DNA from: the human T2T-CHM13v2.0 reference genome, Homo sapiens
Assembly: GCF_009914755.1 (NCBI RefSeq)
Contig: NC_060931.1
Length of the DNA stretch: 64,000 nt
Reading direction: 5' to 3' (one strand)
The position numbers and the translations under genes were made by a program. Position 1 is the first letter of the stretch; each line of letters starts with the position of its first letter. A model generated the notes under the pieces. The model was not told where the DNA came from, made no database searches, and saw only the letters and a list, made by a program, of their open reading frames with translations. This document shows positions 1 through 16,830 of this stretch, in pieces.

Positions 1-510
1 ATCTATGTTGCTTTTAGCTACAACCTCTGTGTAATAACACTGAATGAAAATCTGCTCTGTTTGCAGGCCCTTAAGAAAAAGTGAATCCATCAGGTCTTCA
101 TTCCAATTCTAACAACTCCCTTAATCAACCCAGTCTTCCCTAAGACCAACCTCCTGTTAGATTTTAAGCTAAGATTAATTGCCCCTGAGGAGAAAACATT
201 AAAATAGTAATTACTGTTGCCTATTTTTCTGGGTATTTTTCTTTCTATTCCAAAACTAAGACTCTGGTACTAATATGCCTCTTGTTCCCCTGGTCTTATC
301 CTACTGCAAGTATTGATTCAGTCTCACATCTTAATTTAGGACAAAAGTGATGCTATACAAATGAATTAATTTCTCCGTGCTTTCATCTCTCCCTACTGTG
401 ATTTCTAAAATGAAATCACCTGATCCTATCAATTTCACGGGCTACTGTGTGGTAACTATGTTCATATAGAAAGAGAAAGGTATTGCTCAATATCAACAGC
501 ATCTTTTTCA

Positions 511-821
<311 letters not shown>

Positions 822-979
822 GTATGATATTGATTACTATTTTACAATATTGCCAAACCCAAAAGGTCTTTTTCTTCTGTCCACGGGTGCTTTTATGTGC
901 CTTAAATTGAAGGCATTAACTTCTTTTTGACTGATGCCTTTAGCACTTTGGTACCAGCATATTTTTAAATACCACAGAC

Positions 980-1272
980 TTTTTTTTTTTTTTTGAGACA
1001 GAGTCTCACTCTGTCGCCAGGCTGGTGTGCAGTGGCGTGATCTCAGCTCACTGCAACCTCCGCCTCCCCAGTTCAAGGATTCTCCTGCCCCAGCCTCCCG
1101 AGTAGCTGGGACTACAGGAGCCCACCACCACGCCCATCTAATTTTTGTATTTTTAGTAGAGATGGGGTTTCACCATGTTGGCCAGGATGGTCTCAATCTC
1201 TTGACCTCGTGATCCGCCCACCTTGGCCTCCCAGAGTGCTGGGATTACAGGCATGAGTCACTGCAGCCAGCC
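980..1272 (-). mobile_element. Alu (AluS-like)
   Basis: Poly-T then gagacagagtctc...; TSD tttaaataccacag at 964-977 and 1273-1286. Confidence 0.95.
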
Positions 1273-1291
1273 TTTAAATACCACAGCTTTC

Positions 1292-2693
1292 CTACAGTAA
1301 CCAAAACAGCATGGTACTGGTACCAAAACAGAGATATAGACCAATGGAACAGAACAGAGCCCTCAGAAATAATACCACACATCTACAACCATCTGATCTT
1401 TGACAAACCTGACAAAAACAAGCAATGGGGAAAGGATTCCCTATTTAATAAATGATGCTGGGATAACTGGCTAGCCATATGTAGAAAACTGAAACTAGAC
1501 CCCTTCCTTACCCCTTATACAAAAATTAATTCAAGATGGATTAAAGACTTACATGTTAGACCTAAAACCATAAAAACCCTAGAAGAAAACCTAGCTCTTA
1601 CCATTCAGGACATAGGCATGGGTAAGGACTTCATGTCTAAAACACCAAAAGCAATGGCAACAAAAGCCAAAATTGACAAATGGAATTTAATTAAGCTAAA
1701 GAGCTTCTGCACAGCAAAAGAAACTACCAGCAGAGTGAACAGGCAACCTATAGATTGGGAGAAAATTTTTGCAATCTTTCCATCTGACAAAGGGCTAATA
1801 TCCAGAATCTACAAAGAACTTAAACAAATTTACAAGAAAAAAATCAAACAACCCCATCAAAAACTGGGCGAAGGATATGAACAGACGCTTCTCAAAAGAA
1901 GACATTTATGCAGCCAACAGACACATGAAGAAATGCTCATCATCACTAGCCATCAGAGAAATGCAAATCAAAACCACAATGAGATACCATCTCACACCAG
2001 TTAGAATGGCGATCATTAAAAAGTCAGGAAACAACAGGTGCTGGAGAGGATGTGGAGAAAGAGGAACACTTTTACACTGTTGGTGGGACTGTAAGCTAGT
2101 TCAACCATTGTGGAAGACAGTGTGGCGATTCCTCAAGGATCTGGAACTAGAAATACCATTTGACCCAGCCATCCCATTACTGGGTGTATACCCAAAGGAT
2201 TATAAATCATGCTGCTATAAAGACACATGACCACGTATGTTTATTGCAGCACTATTCACAATAGCAAAGACTTGGAACCAACCCAAATGTTCATCGATGA
2301 TAGACTGGGTTAAGAATATGTGCACATATATACCATGAAATACTATGCAGCCATAAAAAAGGATGAGTTCATCATGTCCTTTGTAGGGACACGGATGAAG
2401 CTGGAAACCATCATTCTCAGTAAACTATCGCAAGGACAAAAAACCAAACACCGCATGTTCTCACTCATAGGTGAGAATTGAACAATGAGAACACTTGGAC
2501 ACAGGAAGGGGAACATCACACACCGGGGTCTGTCATGGGGTCAGGGGAGTGGGGAGGGATAGCATTAGGATATACACCTAATGTAAATGACGAGTTAATG
2601 GGTGCAGCACACCAACATGGCACGTGTGTACATATGTAACAAACCTGCATGTTGTACACATGTACCCTAGAACTTAAAGTATAGTAAATAAAT
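1292..2693 (+). mobile_element. 5'-truncated L1PA (about L1PA4): ORF2 C-terminus plus 3'UTR, inactive
   Basis: ORFs 1618-2004 and 1877-2230 are frameshifted ORF2 pieces including the Cys-rich motif [18 protein letters not shown]; G-rich 3'UTR; TSD aaataccacagcyttc at 1276-1291 and 2694-2709. Confidence 0.95.
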
Positions 2694-3289
2694 AAATACC
2701 ACAGCCTTCTAAAAATCTGAAACCAGTCACTGGAGGGTGTGAAGAAAAGGGCTACAAAGATAGCTTTCCCTGGGTAAGAGAAGCTCTCTAGGAAGATAGA
2801 AAGAAGAGCAGACTGGAGGAGAAACACTAATATGTGATTTTAAATTTTAAAATTTAAATTTAGATCGGGGTTCTATCAGTTTTTCTCTCTTCTACCCAGC
2901 ATATTTAGATGGTAGCCTGCTCTCAGGCCGAACTTTTGATTAGATTGTCTCGAAAGCTCTTCTAGGATGTTCTGGCTGAGATATCACTCTATCTAGAAAA
3001 GTTCAATAATGGAAAATGGAATAATTGAATTATTTTAATGCAATAAGAGCTCAGCACACTAAGATAGGCTTTTCCCCACTTATATTTAATTTGCGCTTTT
3101 TTCATATTTCCATGCTGACGGGATTCTAGTTTCCTTAAGATGGTGAAATTTGTGTTTTTAAATGAAATTTCATTTGGGCACAATGATTACTGAATATTAT
3201 ATGCAGTACTGTGGGGATTAAGAAGTGATTCAGATACAGCTCCCAAAGATCTTAGTCTAATGAGCGGATAAAGGGCACAAATGACTTTG

Positions 3290-3643
3290 TTTTTTGGTGT
3301 TTTTGTTTGTTTGGCTGATTGGTTTGTTGATTGGGTTGTTTATCTGTTTGTTTGTTTTAGAGTCTCACTCTGTCACCCAGGCTGGAGTGCCATGGTGCGG
3401 TGCTGCTATCGTGGCTCACTGCAGCCTTGACTTCCTGGGCTCAAGCAATCCTTCCACCTCAGCCTCCCAAGTAGCTGGGACTACAGGCACACGTCACCAG
3501 GCCCAGCTAATTTTTGGTACTTTTGTAGAAATAGGGTTTCGCCATGTTGTCCAGGTTGGTCTTAAACTACTGGGCTCAAGCAACCTGCCCACCTCAGTCT
3601 CCCAGAGTGCCGGGATTACAGGTGTGAGCTACCACGCCGGGCT
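3290..3643 (-). mobile_element. AluJ-like with degenerate (GTTT)-type tail
   Basis: AluJ-type sequence; TSD acaaatractttg. Confidence 0.9.
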
Positions 3644-4015
3644 ACAAATAACTTTGCTATATCACAGTCTGTGACAAATATCATCCATTAGCACTGGTAT
3701 TTAGTTGATGATTTCCCAAAGCTTTTTTTCATTTTTAATATTCCCAGTAGCTCCTAAGAATTTGAACAAAATGCAATTATCAAGCAATCATCCCTATACG
3801 AGGTCTTCTACTCACTGTTACAGATCATTTCTTCCTGTTCACTGACCCAGTTAAAACAATATTGAAGCCCTAAATATCTTTTCAATGGAGATTTGTGTCC
3901 TCCAAAAGAAAGAACAATGAAAAGCCAGAAAAGCAGAGGAAGCTTGGAAAATAAACCAGAGAGTCTCTTGGAAAATTATTTAATTCTTTATGATCTTAAA
4001 ACATCTGGGTGTTTT

Positions 4016-4322
<307 letters not shown>

Positions 4323-4492
4323 TCTGGGTGTTTTTAGATTCCCTCAACAGTTGGATTTTTCTTTAAATACCTCTCCCAAAAACACACGTAATATCAACAC
4401 CCTAAAATCCACCAATGTTATACATAAAGAGTTGAGACACTCACAGATAAATGCAAGATTCCAACTTCCTTTCTGCACCACAGGATTAATGA

Positions 4493-4995
<503 letters not shown>

Positions 4996-5200
4996 CCCCA
5001 CTTTTTATTAACCCTGAAAGTTTAGTCTTTGATAGGCCAACTAGATATAGCTCACTGATCAGTTTGACTGTCCAGAAAATCTAATGACCCTTTTAAATAT
5101 TTTTTAGTTAGCAAACAGGGGGAAATATTTGCAACACAAATTAAAGTCTAGGGACTAATTTACATAAAATACAAACAGCAATTAAAAATAGTAAGTGGAA

Positions 5201-5812
<612 letters not shown>

Positions 5813-6019
5813 TCAGTAAGAAAAGACTTGACCCTTCAACGAGAAAAATGGAAAAAAGACATATAAATGACTAACAAATATGAGAAATATTCTATTTCTT
5901 TACTATTAAATAAATGTAAATTTTAAAGAACAATTAAATATCACTTTTCAACTACCAGATTAACTAACACTTAAATCACAATCATCAATGTTGCTGAGGA
6001 TATGGGATAAACAGTTTGA

Positions 6020-6427
<408 letters not shown>

Positions 6428-6432
6428 CACAT

Positions 6433-6734
<302 letters not shown>

Positions 6735-6745
6735 CCTATCCCACA

Positions 6746-7048
6746 TTTTTTTTTAAGAGACAGGGTAGTATTCTGTCTCTTATACAGAGCTACAATGCAG
6801 TGATGCAATCATAGCTCATGGCTGCCTCAAACTCATGGGCTCAAGTGATATTCCACCTCAACCAAGTAGCTAGGACTACAGGCATGCACCACCATTCCCA
6901 ATTAATTTTTAAAAAATGTTCCTGTAGAGATGGGATCTTGCAGTGTTGTTCAGGCTCAGGCTGGTCTAATTTCCTGGCCTCAAGCAATCCTCCTGCCTTG
7001 GCCTCCCAAAGTGCTGGGATTACAGGTGTGAGCCACCATCATCGGTCT
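6746..7048 (-). mobile_element. AluJ-like, diverged
   Basis: Recognisable Alu arms with many substitutions. Confidence 0.88.
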
Positions 7049-7115
7049 GATCATGTATTTTCAATTAGGAAGGTACATTCCCTTTTACCTAACAATTTTA
7101 TTTGTAGATACTTAG

Positions 7116-7455
<340 letters not shown>

Positions 7456-7708
7456 TGTATAAAGTTGTTAACTGAAACATTGCTCATCAGAACAAAATAC
7501 TGGAAACAGTCTAAATGCCCCTTAATAAGGCACTAGTTAAATAAAATCCATACCCTAGAATACTATATAGCCATTAATAAGATTAAGATAGATGCATATA
7601 TTTATATGTATTGACATGGAAAATGTCCAAGATGTATTGTTAGTGGAAAAAAGAAAGTTACAGAAGGGAATGTTTAATATGAACCCATTTATGTATTTAT
7701 GTATATAA

Positions 7709-7793
7709 ATATGCATACTATGACCCTGTTTGTGTATCTATATATACTTTGTATATATATATAAATACATAAATGGGGTCATAGTATGCATAT
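7709..7793. repeat. 85-nt inverted repeat (hairpin)
   Basis: atatgcatactatgaccc (7709-7726) is the exact reverse complement of 7776-7793, and pairing continues inward. Confidence 0.92.
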
Positions 7794-8047
7794 ATAGATA
7801 ATAAATGAGTCTTATTATACACAGCAGAGCATGTGCATATGTGTTGTTTGTATACTCTTGAGTAATGTCGGTGGGGGTACCAAACTGCTAACCTGTGGAG
7901 AGTGGGATGGGAGGAGAGGTAGTTAGTCTAGAAGGAGGTTGAGAACCTTGATTTTACTGTTGTCTTTAAATTTATGTACTGTTAGAATGTTTTTATGATG
8001 AATGTATATTATTTTTATAATTTAAAAAACTCATAAAAATTAATATC

Positions 8048-9706
8048 TTCTTAAAAATCCTACTATGGCTCCCTGTGGCCAAAAAATAAAGCCCAATCTC
8101 CTTAGCTACCAAAGGCTGCCATGATTTGTTTCTGATCTACCCCTCCCTTGCAGCCTCATTTCCTGAATCTCAACTGCCCTGCCCTCCTTCTTTTGCTCCC
8201 CTCATCCACTTGGTGGTAATTTGCTTGTTTGCTCTCACATCCACTCCCTGCCCTTCTCCCTTTGCTCTGTACCCCAGAAACTACACTTCCCAAGCTCCCT
8301 TTCCCTCTTGCTAGCTTTGGAGTAGCGTTGGCCAGTGGGTGCCGCGGCAGGAGACTGGAAGGCAGGAGTCGGGGAAAGGCCGGAATCCTGCCCCACTGTC
8401 TGCTTCAGGTCAGCATCTTTAACGCTGACCTCCTCCCCTGGCTTGTTCCCAGTTCCCACGGAACATTCTCTTCCTTCATAGACCCCATTCCCTTAAGGAA
8501 GGTCTACTGTGATTCCCACTTCCACAAGATGGCCCCAGATCCTGGGCTGTGGTAGCACCACCTTCTTTCCCTCCAGTCCTAGAGGAAGCAGCAGCTCCCT
8601 GGTACAGCTGAACTCTGAGCTGCCTCACCGTCTCTGTTTGACTTCTTATCCGTTCCATCACTTACATACCCTATTCTCTGCGTTACATTTCCTCTTCTTG
8701 AAATACCTGAAGTGCTGTGTGTTTTCGGGCTAAACTGACAAAGATGCACCACTCCCTCTTCCCACAGTGACAAAAAACTTACACAATAAAAGCATACTTT
8801 AATACCTCGAGGCTTCTGTTCAAGTCGTTCTCTCAGCCTGGAATATTATTTTTTCCTTTGTCTTTCTGTCAAAACCTTATTTGTTTCTCTCTTCTCCAGG
8901 AATCTTTCTCTAATTCCCATACATATTCACCCCTAGTCTGCATTCCAACCACTTCTAGGGAGCAAATGGACTACCCCAATGCACTTTGTGTCAAGTGTTG
9001 AATAAAATACTCCAAGGACAAGCAACATCTTAAGCCAATCAACTAACATCCCGTTGGCCATAGGGGATATCTTTTTTTTTCTATTTTGAAAAGCTGACAA
9101 TAGTCACCTTATCATAAAGCCTTCCCAGACCACCCTGTATCAAGTTTCCCTCCTTCCCCCAACTCCCACTTCACCTCTATTTCTTTCCATCCACATATCC
9201 AGCTTTCACATCAAGCATTACAGAAGACAGTAATCAAATCAACGTCCTGGGGTTTACTACAATGTAAGAGCCATATGAGCAGGAATTTGGTCTGTTTGGT
9301 TCTCTCTCCTATTCTGAGCAGCTGGAATAGTGCCTACATATTGACAGAATAAATGAATGATTGACAACACACTGTGCTTTGGGTCACGGAAGGTGGAGAG
9401 CGAGACTGAAATGGTAGGTAAAAAGATACCAGTTCCAGCCTCATCATACTTTCTCTCCTCTATCTTACAAAACTCCAACTAGCCTTTCTCAGATTCTTGG
9501 ACCCACTAAGATCTTGCCCAACTTAAGCTCCTTTTCATCTTTAAAGCCCAGTTTAAATATTTCCCATTTTTTTCTTTCCCCTGTCTGTTTCCCAAATAAT
9601 GTCCATCAAAATTTGTAGTCATTATTTTATTCTCTCATTAGAATATTCATTTCACTAGGTTTAGGACCAGGTATCCCTAGTACCTATACCTGACACATAA
9701 TAAGTG
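8048..9706 (+). mobile_element. L2 3'-end fragments (interrupted)
   Basis: L2-like motifs (ctatggctccc...aaagcccaatctcctt; tagtgcctacata...gaataaatgaatga). Confidence 0.65.
8210..8770 (+). mobile_element. LTR33-like ERVL LTR
   Basis: ttggccagtgggtgccgcggcaggagactggaaggcaggag resembles the LTR33 consensus as remembered. Confidence 0.6.
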
Positions 9707-9707
9707 T

Positions 9708-9708
9708 T

Positions 9709-9755
<47 letters not shown>

Positions 9756-10039
9756 TTGAGACAGGGCCCTACTCTGTCACCCAGGCTGGAGTGCAGTGGC
9801 ACAATCCAGGCTCACTGCACCCTCCATCTCCTGGGCTCAAGCAATCTTCTCACCTCAGCCTCCTGGGTGTCTGGGACTACAGGCACGCACTACCACACCT
9901 GACTAATTTTTGTATTTTTTCTAGAGTCAGGGTTTTATCCTGTTGTCCAGGCTGATCTTGAACTCCTAAGCTCAAGTGATCCACCCACCTCAGCCTCCCA
10001 AAGTGCTGGGATTACAGACGTGAGCCATCATGCCTGGCC
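9708..10039 (-). mobile_element. AluJ-like with (TTTA)12 tail STR at 9708-9755
   Basis: Reverse Alu; tetranucleotide tail counted directly. Confidence 0.92.
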
Positions 10040-10750
10040 TACGTGCTCAAAAAAAAAAAAAAGCTTGAAAGAGTGTTGATGAATGGACCAAGGACAAATT
10101 TTGCCCCACAGTTTTGATTAAGATCTACTGGGTTGCCCACCATTTAATTTCTGGGGTCAAACCAGGAAACAACATTTTCTAGTAGAAATACTCAAAGCCT
10201 TCCACTTGGCCACAGTTGTATTAGGACTAGAAAGTTTCCCTACCTCTACCCTATTTGCACAAATGAGACCCTACTCATCAAATGCCACTGCATAGAAACA
10301 GTTCTATGCTACAGCCAGTTCTATCAATCAATGGCTGAATAGTAGAAATAATGGGGAAAGTATTCTTTGAGGATTTTTAGAAGATGCTCTTGAGCAAAAT
10401 CTCTCTTTCACATGATCTGTATTTTGTGGTGATATTAAAGACCTTCAGGAATTTCAGCTAACTAGTTTCTTATTTTATTTTGGGGACTTGGCATTAGCAG
10501 CAATTCAACTCTCAGTCTTTCACAAACCTAAAGATTTAGCTCCCCGAGGGCCTATTCTCTACCATGAGGTATTAGGACAAATGAGAAAAATACTGAATTC
10601 CTTGCAGCCTTAGTCTCATATGCTGAATCTTTTTTCATTCTCATACTTATTGTGCCTTTTTAAAATAAAATTATAAGTTAAGATTCCTACCTTTACTAAT
10701 TCCATCTATTACCAATATAAGCTTCCCCAGAGCTAAATGGCACCATCCTA

Positions 10751-11170
<420 letters not shown>

Positions 11171-13811
11171 TTACCAGTTTTTGTCTTTATGAAGAAAATT
11201 GACAAACAATGACATTTTATGATTTTGTAAATAATGCATCCTTTTCTGGGTAATTATTATTGCCAGTACATTATGAAGTCCTTTGTTTTGTTTTATTTTT
11301 TAAATGAGTTCACTTTTGCATTTAAGTGCCTCTTAATACCACTTTTTCTCTTCAATTTGGTAATGAATGGCTCCACATTCTTGCTTCAGTTCAGTGAAGG
11401 TTCTTTTTTAAAAGCAGGGCCAGCCAGTTTATAGTCATGCATGTCCTGCCTTAGTGTTGAAGTAGATGCGTTTGCAGAAACCAACCCCCAGGGGTCAGAA
11501 TTAACCAACTAGAAGTGGCCTTAGGGGTTTTAGTCATTAGCTCAAGAACCCTCAGCTGTCTTTCTCTGGAGAGTATCCTCTTATCTGTTGTGAGAGAATT
11601 GAGATTTTCTCCAAAGAACTTTTTTACATCTCTTTACCTGAAGATATCAGAGTAGGTCTGGATGACAAAAAGAAAAGGCAATGTCAAAAATCATTGTGAG
11701 TAGGCTAATGAACCCTTTGTATATTGCACAAAAATGTTCCTGAATTGACAATTTAGATAACTATTTTAAGTCTTTCCTAATCCTTTAGCAAGAAATAATG
11801 TTCTTTGCTGGTTTTCCAACTTAGACCAAATAGCTTCTATTTTCACACTGATATAATTCTTCCTCCTTGTCTTGAACCCACTGTATGTATCTTTTTAGAA
11901 AAAAGTACATTATGTATATATATAAGTTATAATTCATAAAAACTTTTCAGAAAACTATTTCACAGAAGCACATTTGTATCTGACCTCAGATGTAGAGTAT
12001 GGCAAAGGCAAAAACTAAGAACTAATGTTTAAAATGTTTGTGGTGTTAAAATGTCAGGTTAACACTTAATTCAATACTTTTGGAGGATATTCCTATCAGA
12101 GTGGCTTCTTATGTTACAGTCAAAATTACTTTCTTGAGAGAAAACAAATATCCCAAAGTTTCTTGCAGCCCAGTTGTTTTCACTTTTGTCCTGTGGAAAG
12201 CCAAAGAAAAGCAAAGGCCACCACTCATGGGTAATGACCAAGCTTGAGCACCAGCATAAACTTAACTGTCATCAGAATTCCAGTAACACCTCCATCATCC
12301 TTGAACACAGTTATCATCTGTCCCCTTCCCTATTCTGCTCCCAAAATCCAATTTTCCTCCTTCATTCTTATTATCATCTGGATTCCTCATTTGGTGGTAA
12401 CAAACTTCTTTATTATTCTCAACCTGTTCGAATAAATTCCCTGCTCTCTACTCTCCTTGCATAAGAGAGAAGCTCTGCAGTCCCTGTGACACCACTTTTC
12501 TGCAGTCCTCTGGGACTAGGGTAAGAGCTGTTCTGTATTTTCAAGCTCTGTTTGTGTGTATTGCAAGGAAGGTTGCAGAATTCTCCTGTTTCCGCTTCCA
12601 AACTATTAATACTTCCTTTAGTCGCTCATTGTCATTCTCATCTCTGACCTCACTACACATTCAACATAAACTCGGCCAATTGGGTCACTTCTTCCACCTG
12701 GAGGACTTTAAATCTCCATGCATAAGCCACCTTAGGCTCACAGTACCTTGAGTCTCATGACCACACCTTGAGTTTAATTACTCCTCAGAATTGCTCCATC
12801 TTGGAAATCTTAGACTCCAATACCACTTCTGCCTCCACCACCACATTCTATTCTTCTAGATCATCACAATACAGCCACCATTCAACCAGACTGCTACCGC
12901 CAGTTCTGAATCCCACCCAGGACTGGAGGCAGCAGTTTCCTTTACTCTTTTCCACCCTAGATTCCATGCTCACTTCAATCCCTTGTACTCTACCATCTCC
13001 AATTTCTCACTAGGTGGACTCCTTTTCTCCTCCCAGCTCTTCTCTCTCCTGTTTTCGTATTACATACTCTCCCTGAGTGACTTCATCTACTCCCACAGCT
13101 TCAGCTGCTACTAATAAGCTGATGCTTTCCAAATTTCCATCTCCAGCCAGATCTTTTTCCTAAATTCTGGAGCCACATAACTGAGTATCTATTGGACATT
13201 TCCATAAGCACTTCAAACTCAGCTTGTCAAAACTGAGTTACTCATCCCTCCCCTACAGTGGGAGTGGGAAATGTGATCCTCCTCCAATATCCTTCATCTT
13301 AGTGAATGGTGCATCATCTACCAAGTCTCAAATCTAAAAACCAAGAGTCATTCTTGACTCCTCTCTCCCTTGGCCACTTGGCCACATGCATTCTTTCTAT
13401 CACCAAGTTCAGTCAGTTGTACTTATTCCTAAGTATCTGTGGAATGGACCCAACCCATATGGACTCTATTCATTTCTTCCTTGAATCTTTTATCAGGATT
13501 TTTTGTTGCAAACAAAAGAAACTAGTTCTGGAAAATTGGTTATAAGAAAAAAAATACACAAACACACACATACGTATCAGAAAGATACTGGGTAGCTCCC
13601 CGAAACTGAAGAAAAACTGACTAGACCTCTCCCTGAGCGACTTCATCCTCAGGGAGGATGGAGGAACCAATGGCTTACAGAGGTAAGAAACCTTCTAAGG
13701 TTTACCATTAGCTGATTTAGCTCCAATCATCTTATGTGCTTATGTACCTCCTAGCTAATCTCGTCTTAACCACTCACATACCACCTTGACAATCCAGTCT
13801 ACACACAGTAG

Positions 13812-14118
<307 letters not shown>

Positions 14119-14346
14119 AGCTTTCCTTCTAAAGTAGAAATCTAACGATGTCTCTCTCTTGCTTAAAATCCTTCAATGGCTAATCAGAGCTTTCAGAATA
14201 AAAATCTCCAGCATTCATGAGTTGGCGTCTTTCAGCCCCATCCCTAACCATTCATCTATCCTCCCTCCACCTTACACCCTATACTTGGGTCCTACTTACT
14301 ACATTTAGCTCCCTGCATATGCAGAAATCCCTCTTGTTCTGGTGCC

Positions 14347-14640
14347 TGTATCAATAACAGCGGTCCTGGCAGAAACAGAACTCACCTAAGGTGGTTCAAA
14401 TGAAGACCCTTGAATGAAAGAACCACTTTCAGAGGTGTGGGAAGAGTTAAGTGAATCAACAAAGGAAGATGGTGTGCCCATAGATTAGCAATGGTAGGAA
14501 ACCATCACCATGTCAGGAATGAAGAGACAAGGGGAGGAAATAATATCAGAGCCCAGGGAGAGCTGGAGCCATGGGGAGAAAGAGGGTGTCAAGCATTTGA
14601 AAGTGTAATTGTTGGGAGATGCAGCTGCTGCCAGAGGATT
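14347..14640. mobile_element. Old LTR fragment, family uncertain
   Basis: Begins tgtatc...ggtcctggcagaaacaga and interrupts the L2. Confidence 0.4.
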
Positions 14641-15739
14641 AGAATGTCCACACATAAACCCAAGGATTCCCATACTATCTCGTATAATCCTCCGTCGTAT
14701 AATTTTTTGCACATTTTCTGGTTTCCACATAAGCCTGCAAGCTTCCAGAGAACAAAGACTCCTTGCCTTAGCGTACCCGAAGCATACATAATACAGTGTC
14801 TGGCATGGAGAGAGTGCTCAACAAATATTTGCTGAATTAATGGACAAATAATTGATCCAATTGTTTTCACATTTTTTCAAAGTGAAATCTGAAATGAATA
14901 GGTTTACAGGCAGTCTAACGACAGTGAAGTGAACATTTCAGGCAGGGTTTAGAGAAGCGTTTATTGAGGTAAGAATGTTATCACTGTGTTAGATTCCTTC
15001 TGTCTCCAAGATTAGTCTCCCAAAAGAAAGTGTTATTAAATTAAAATGGAAATAACAGTTTCCTGAGTCTGACTTTTCATGGAAACAATGAGTAAGGACC
15101 CTATATTAACACAATGCAGAAGGTGAGATATAGCATCTGTCTTCCCTGCCGCAAGAAATGAAGAATCTGTGAATATCAATGAAATTACCAAAATAGGATA
15201 ATTGGAGCAAAAAGAGGAAAAGTCAGCTTAACTGAGAGTAAACAGACCTCTCTTGGCCCTATAAGTGGTACGTGGAAGTGACAGTGAGATGTTCCGTAAG
15301 AAACAGAAGTAAGATGGCTCTCTGAGAGTAAATATAAATCAGCACTTAATAGACGAGATTGGAGGTATAGAAAGTTACTAGCTCTTAGACCTGGAACATT
15401 TGACCGTAATATGCTTAACTTATCTTAAAAAATGTGCAACCTTGGAGCTTGGATAGGATGTGTCAGCAACCAATATCTGATCACCTCTGGAACACAGACA
15501 GGGCTGAACTGAGCTTGTGAGACTTCAGGTCTTGAGGACCGGCCAGCCCTTGGGCCAGAGTTAATTCACTAAGATGTATAATGTGTTAGAAGTCAAGCTG
15601 GTATCTCCTAAGCACCCCCAATATCAACTTAGACTCTGTATTTGAACTTGTATACTCTACTCCAAAACAGTAAGTTTTCTTATGCAAAATTCAGAATCAT
15701 AATTGAAGGCCAATATTGAAGTTAGATGACCCTTGATGA

Positions 15740-15870
15740 GCCAGCCAACCCCTATGATCCCCCGTTTCCACCTCTGTAAAATGGGGATGATAATTCCCAC
15801 ACTGCCAGCCTCACATCGTTGTCGTCGTTGTTGTTGTGACAATCAAATGCATGAGAACACACTCTGCAAA
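15740..15870 (+). mobile_element. MIR
   Basis: Core gtttccacctctgtaaaatggggatgataat. Confidence 0.8.
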
Positions 15871-16729
15871 TGTGCAACCATCCCATGATCGGGCCCCTGC
15901 CTGTCACTTTAACCCAGAAGAGAACTGCACATTAAAATATTGGTCCCTAATTTTTTGTTTATTTTCTTTTTAACAAGAACAAAAAGTTAGTATGATTTTT
16001 AGTTGGAATAATTAAATGCGGAAGGGCTCAGAGCAGCAGGAAAATGTCAGGCTGACTTTGCAGGGGAAGTCTCAAGTCAGTTCAGGAAAGAAACGTGGAA
16101 AATAACTGAGACAGGGAAAGGAAGAGTAAAACAAATGTGCAGCTTAAAGAAGAGCCAAAAAGCCAAAAAAACTTTGGCTTCTCTTCCAAAGGCAAGAGTC
16201 TATCCCAAAAGTAAATGCCCCTTCCAAGAGCAAGAGCGAGAGGTTCTTAAAGGATAGCATCTTCTGTGGCAGTGTGGGTGGTGAGAGGGAACCGTCTATT
16301 TGAAGTCCAAGGGAAGACAAATCACTTGCATGGAGTGTGGGTAAAAATGAAACAGACAGTGAGAGGAAAAAGGCTAACAGGCTGAACTTGGGCTAAAGTA
16401 AATTCCGTCAAATATGATTAAATATACACAATGCATAGAGCAAAAGCAGGAGCTCAAGTTCACACATTAGCCAAAAACCTGGTCTCTGGCCAGTGGAGCC
16501 AAGACACAAACATGCTCACATTGTGAGCTTGCTCAGAGACCTGGAGGAAGGGATGTCAGATCGGAGGGCCCGGCGACCTGATCTGCCCACCTGCAGAATT
16601 GGTAGGACCAAATTCAAGGCACTGGAGAGAGAAACAAAAATGAAAAGTGAGCAAATACCAAACAACTTAAAGTCAGCATGTGTCCAACTCACAGCACTAC
16701 CACCTACAAGTCCAGACTCTTAGATGATT

Positions 16730-16830
16730 CATTTCACCTTTGCAAACCCCAGGTTTCTTCCCTATAAAATGGAATTGTTCATGTTGGCTCAACTTCCCTT
16801 CCAGATTTCTTGTGAGAATCCAAACAGTTA
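16730..16830 (+). mobile_element. MIR
   Basis: Core-like gtttcttccctataaaatggaatt...ttgtgagaatc. Confidence 0.6.

Noticed and set aside
1618-2230. L1 ORF2-like ORFs as a functional protein
   Set aside because: The element is 5'-truncated and frameshifted and lacks the EN and RT domains.
2525-2558. G-quadruplex-like tract
   Set aside because: It is the standard G-rich segment of the L1PA 3'UTR.
2839-2858. 20-bp perfect palindrome tttaaattttaaaatttaaa
   Set aside because: Purely A/T low complexity and expected by chance.
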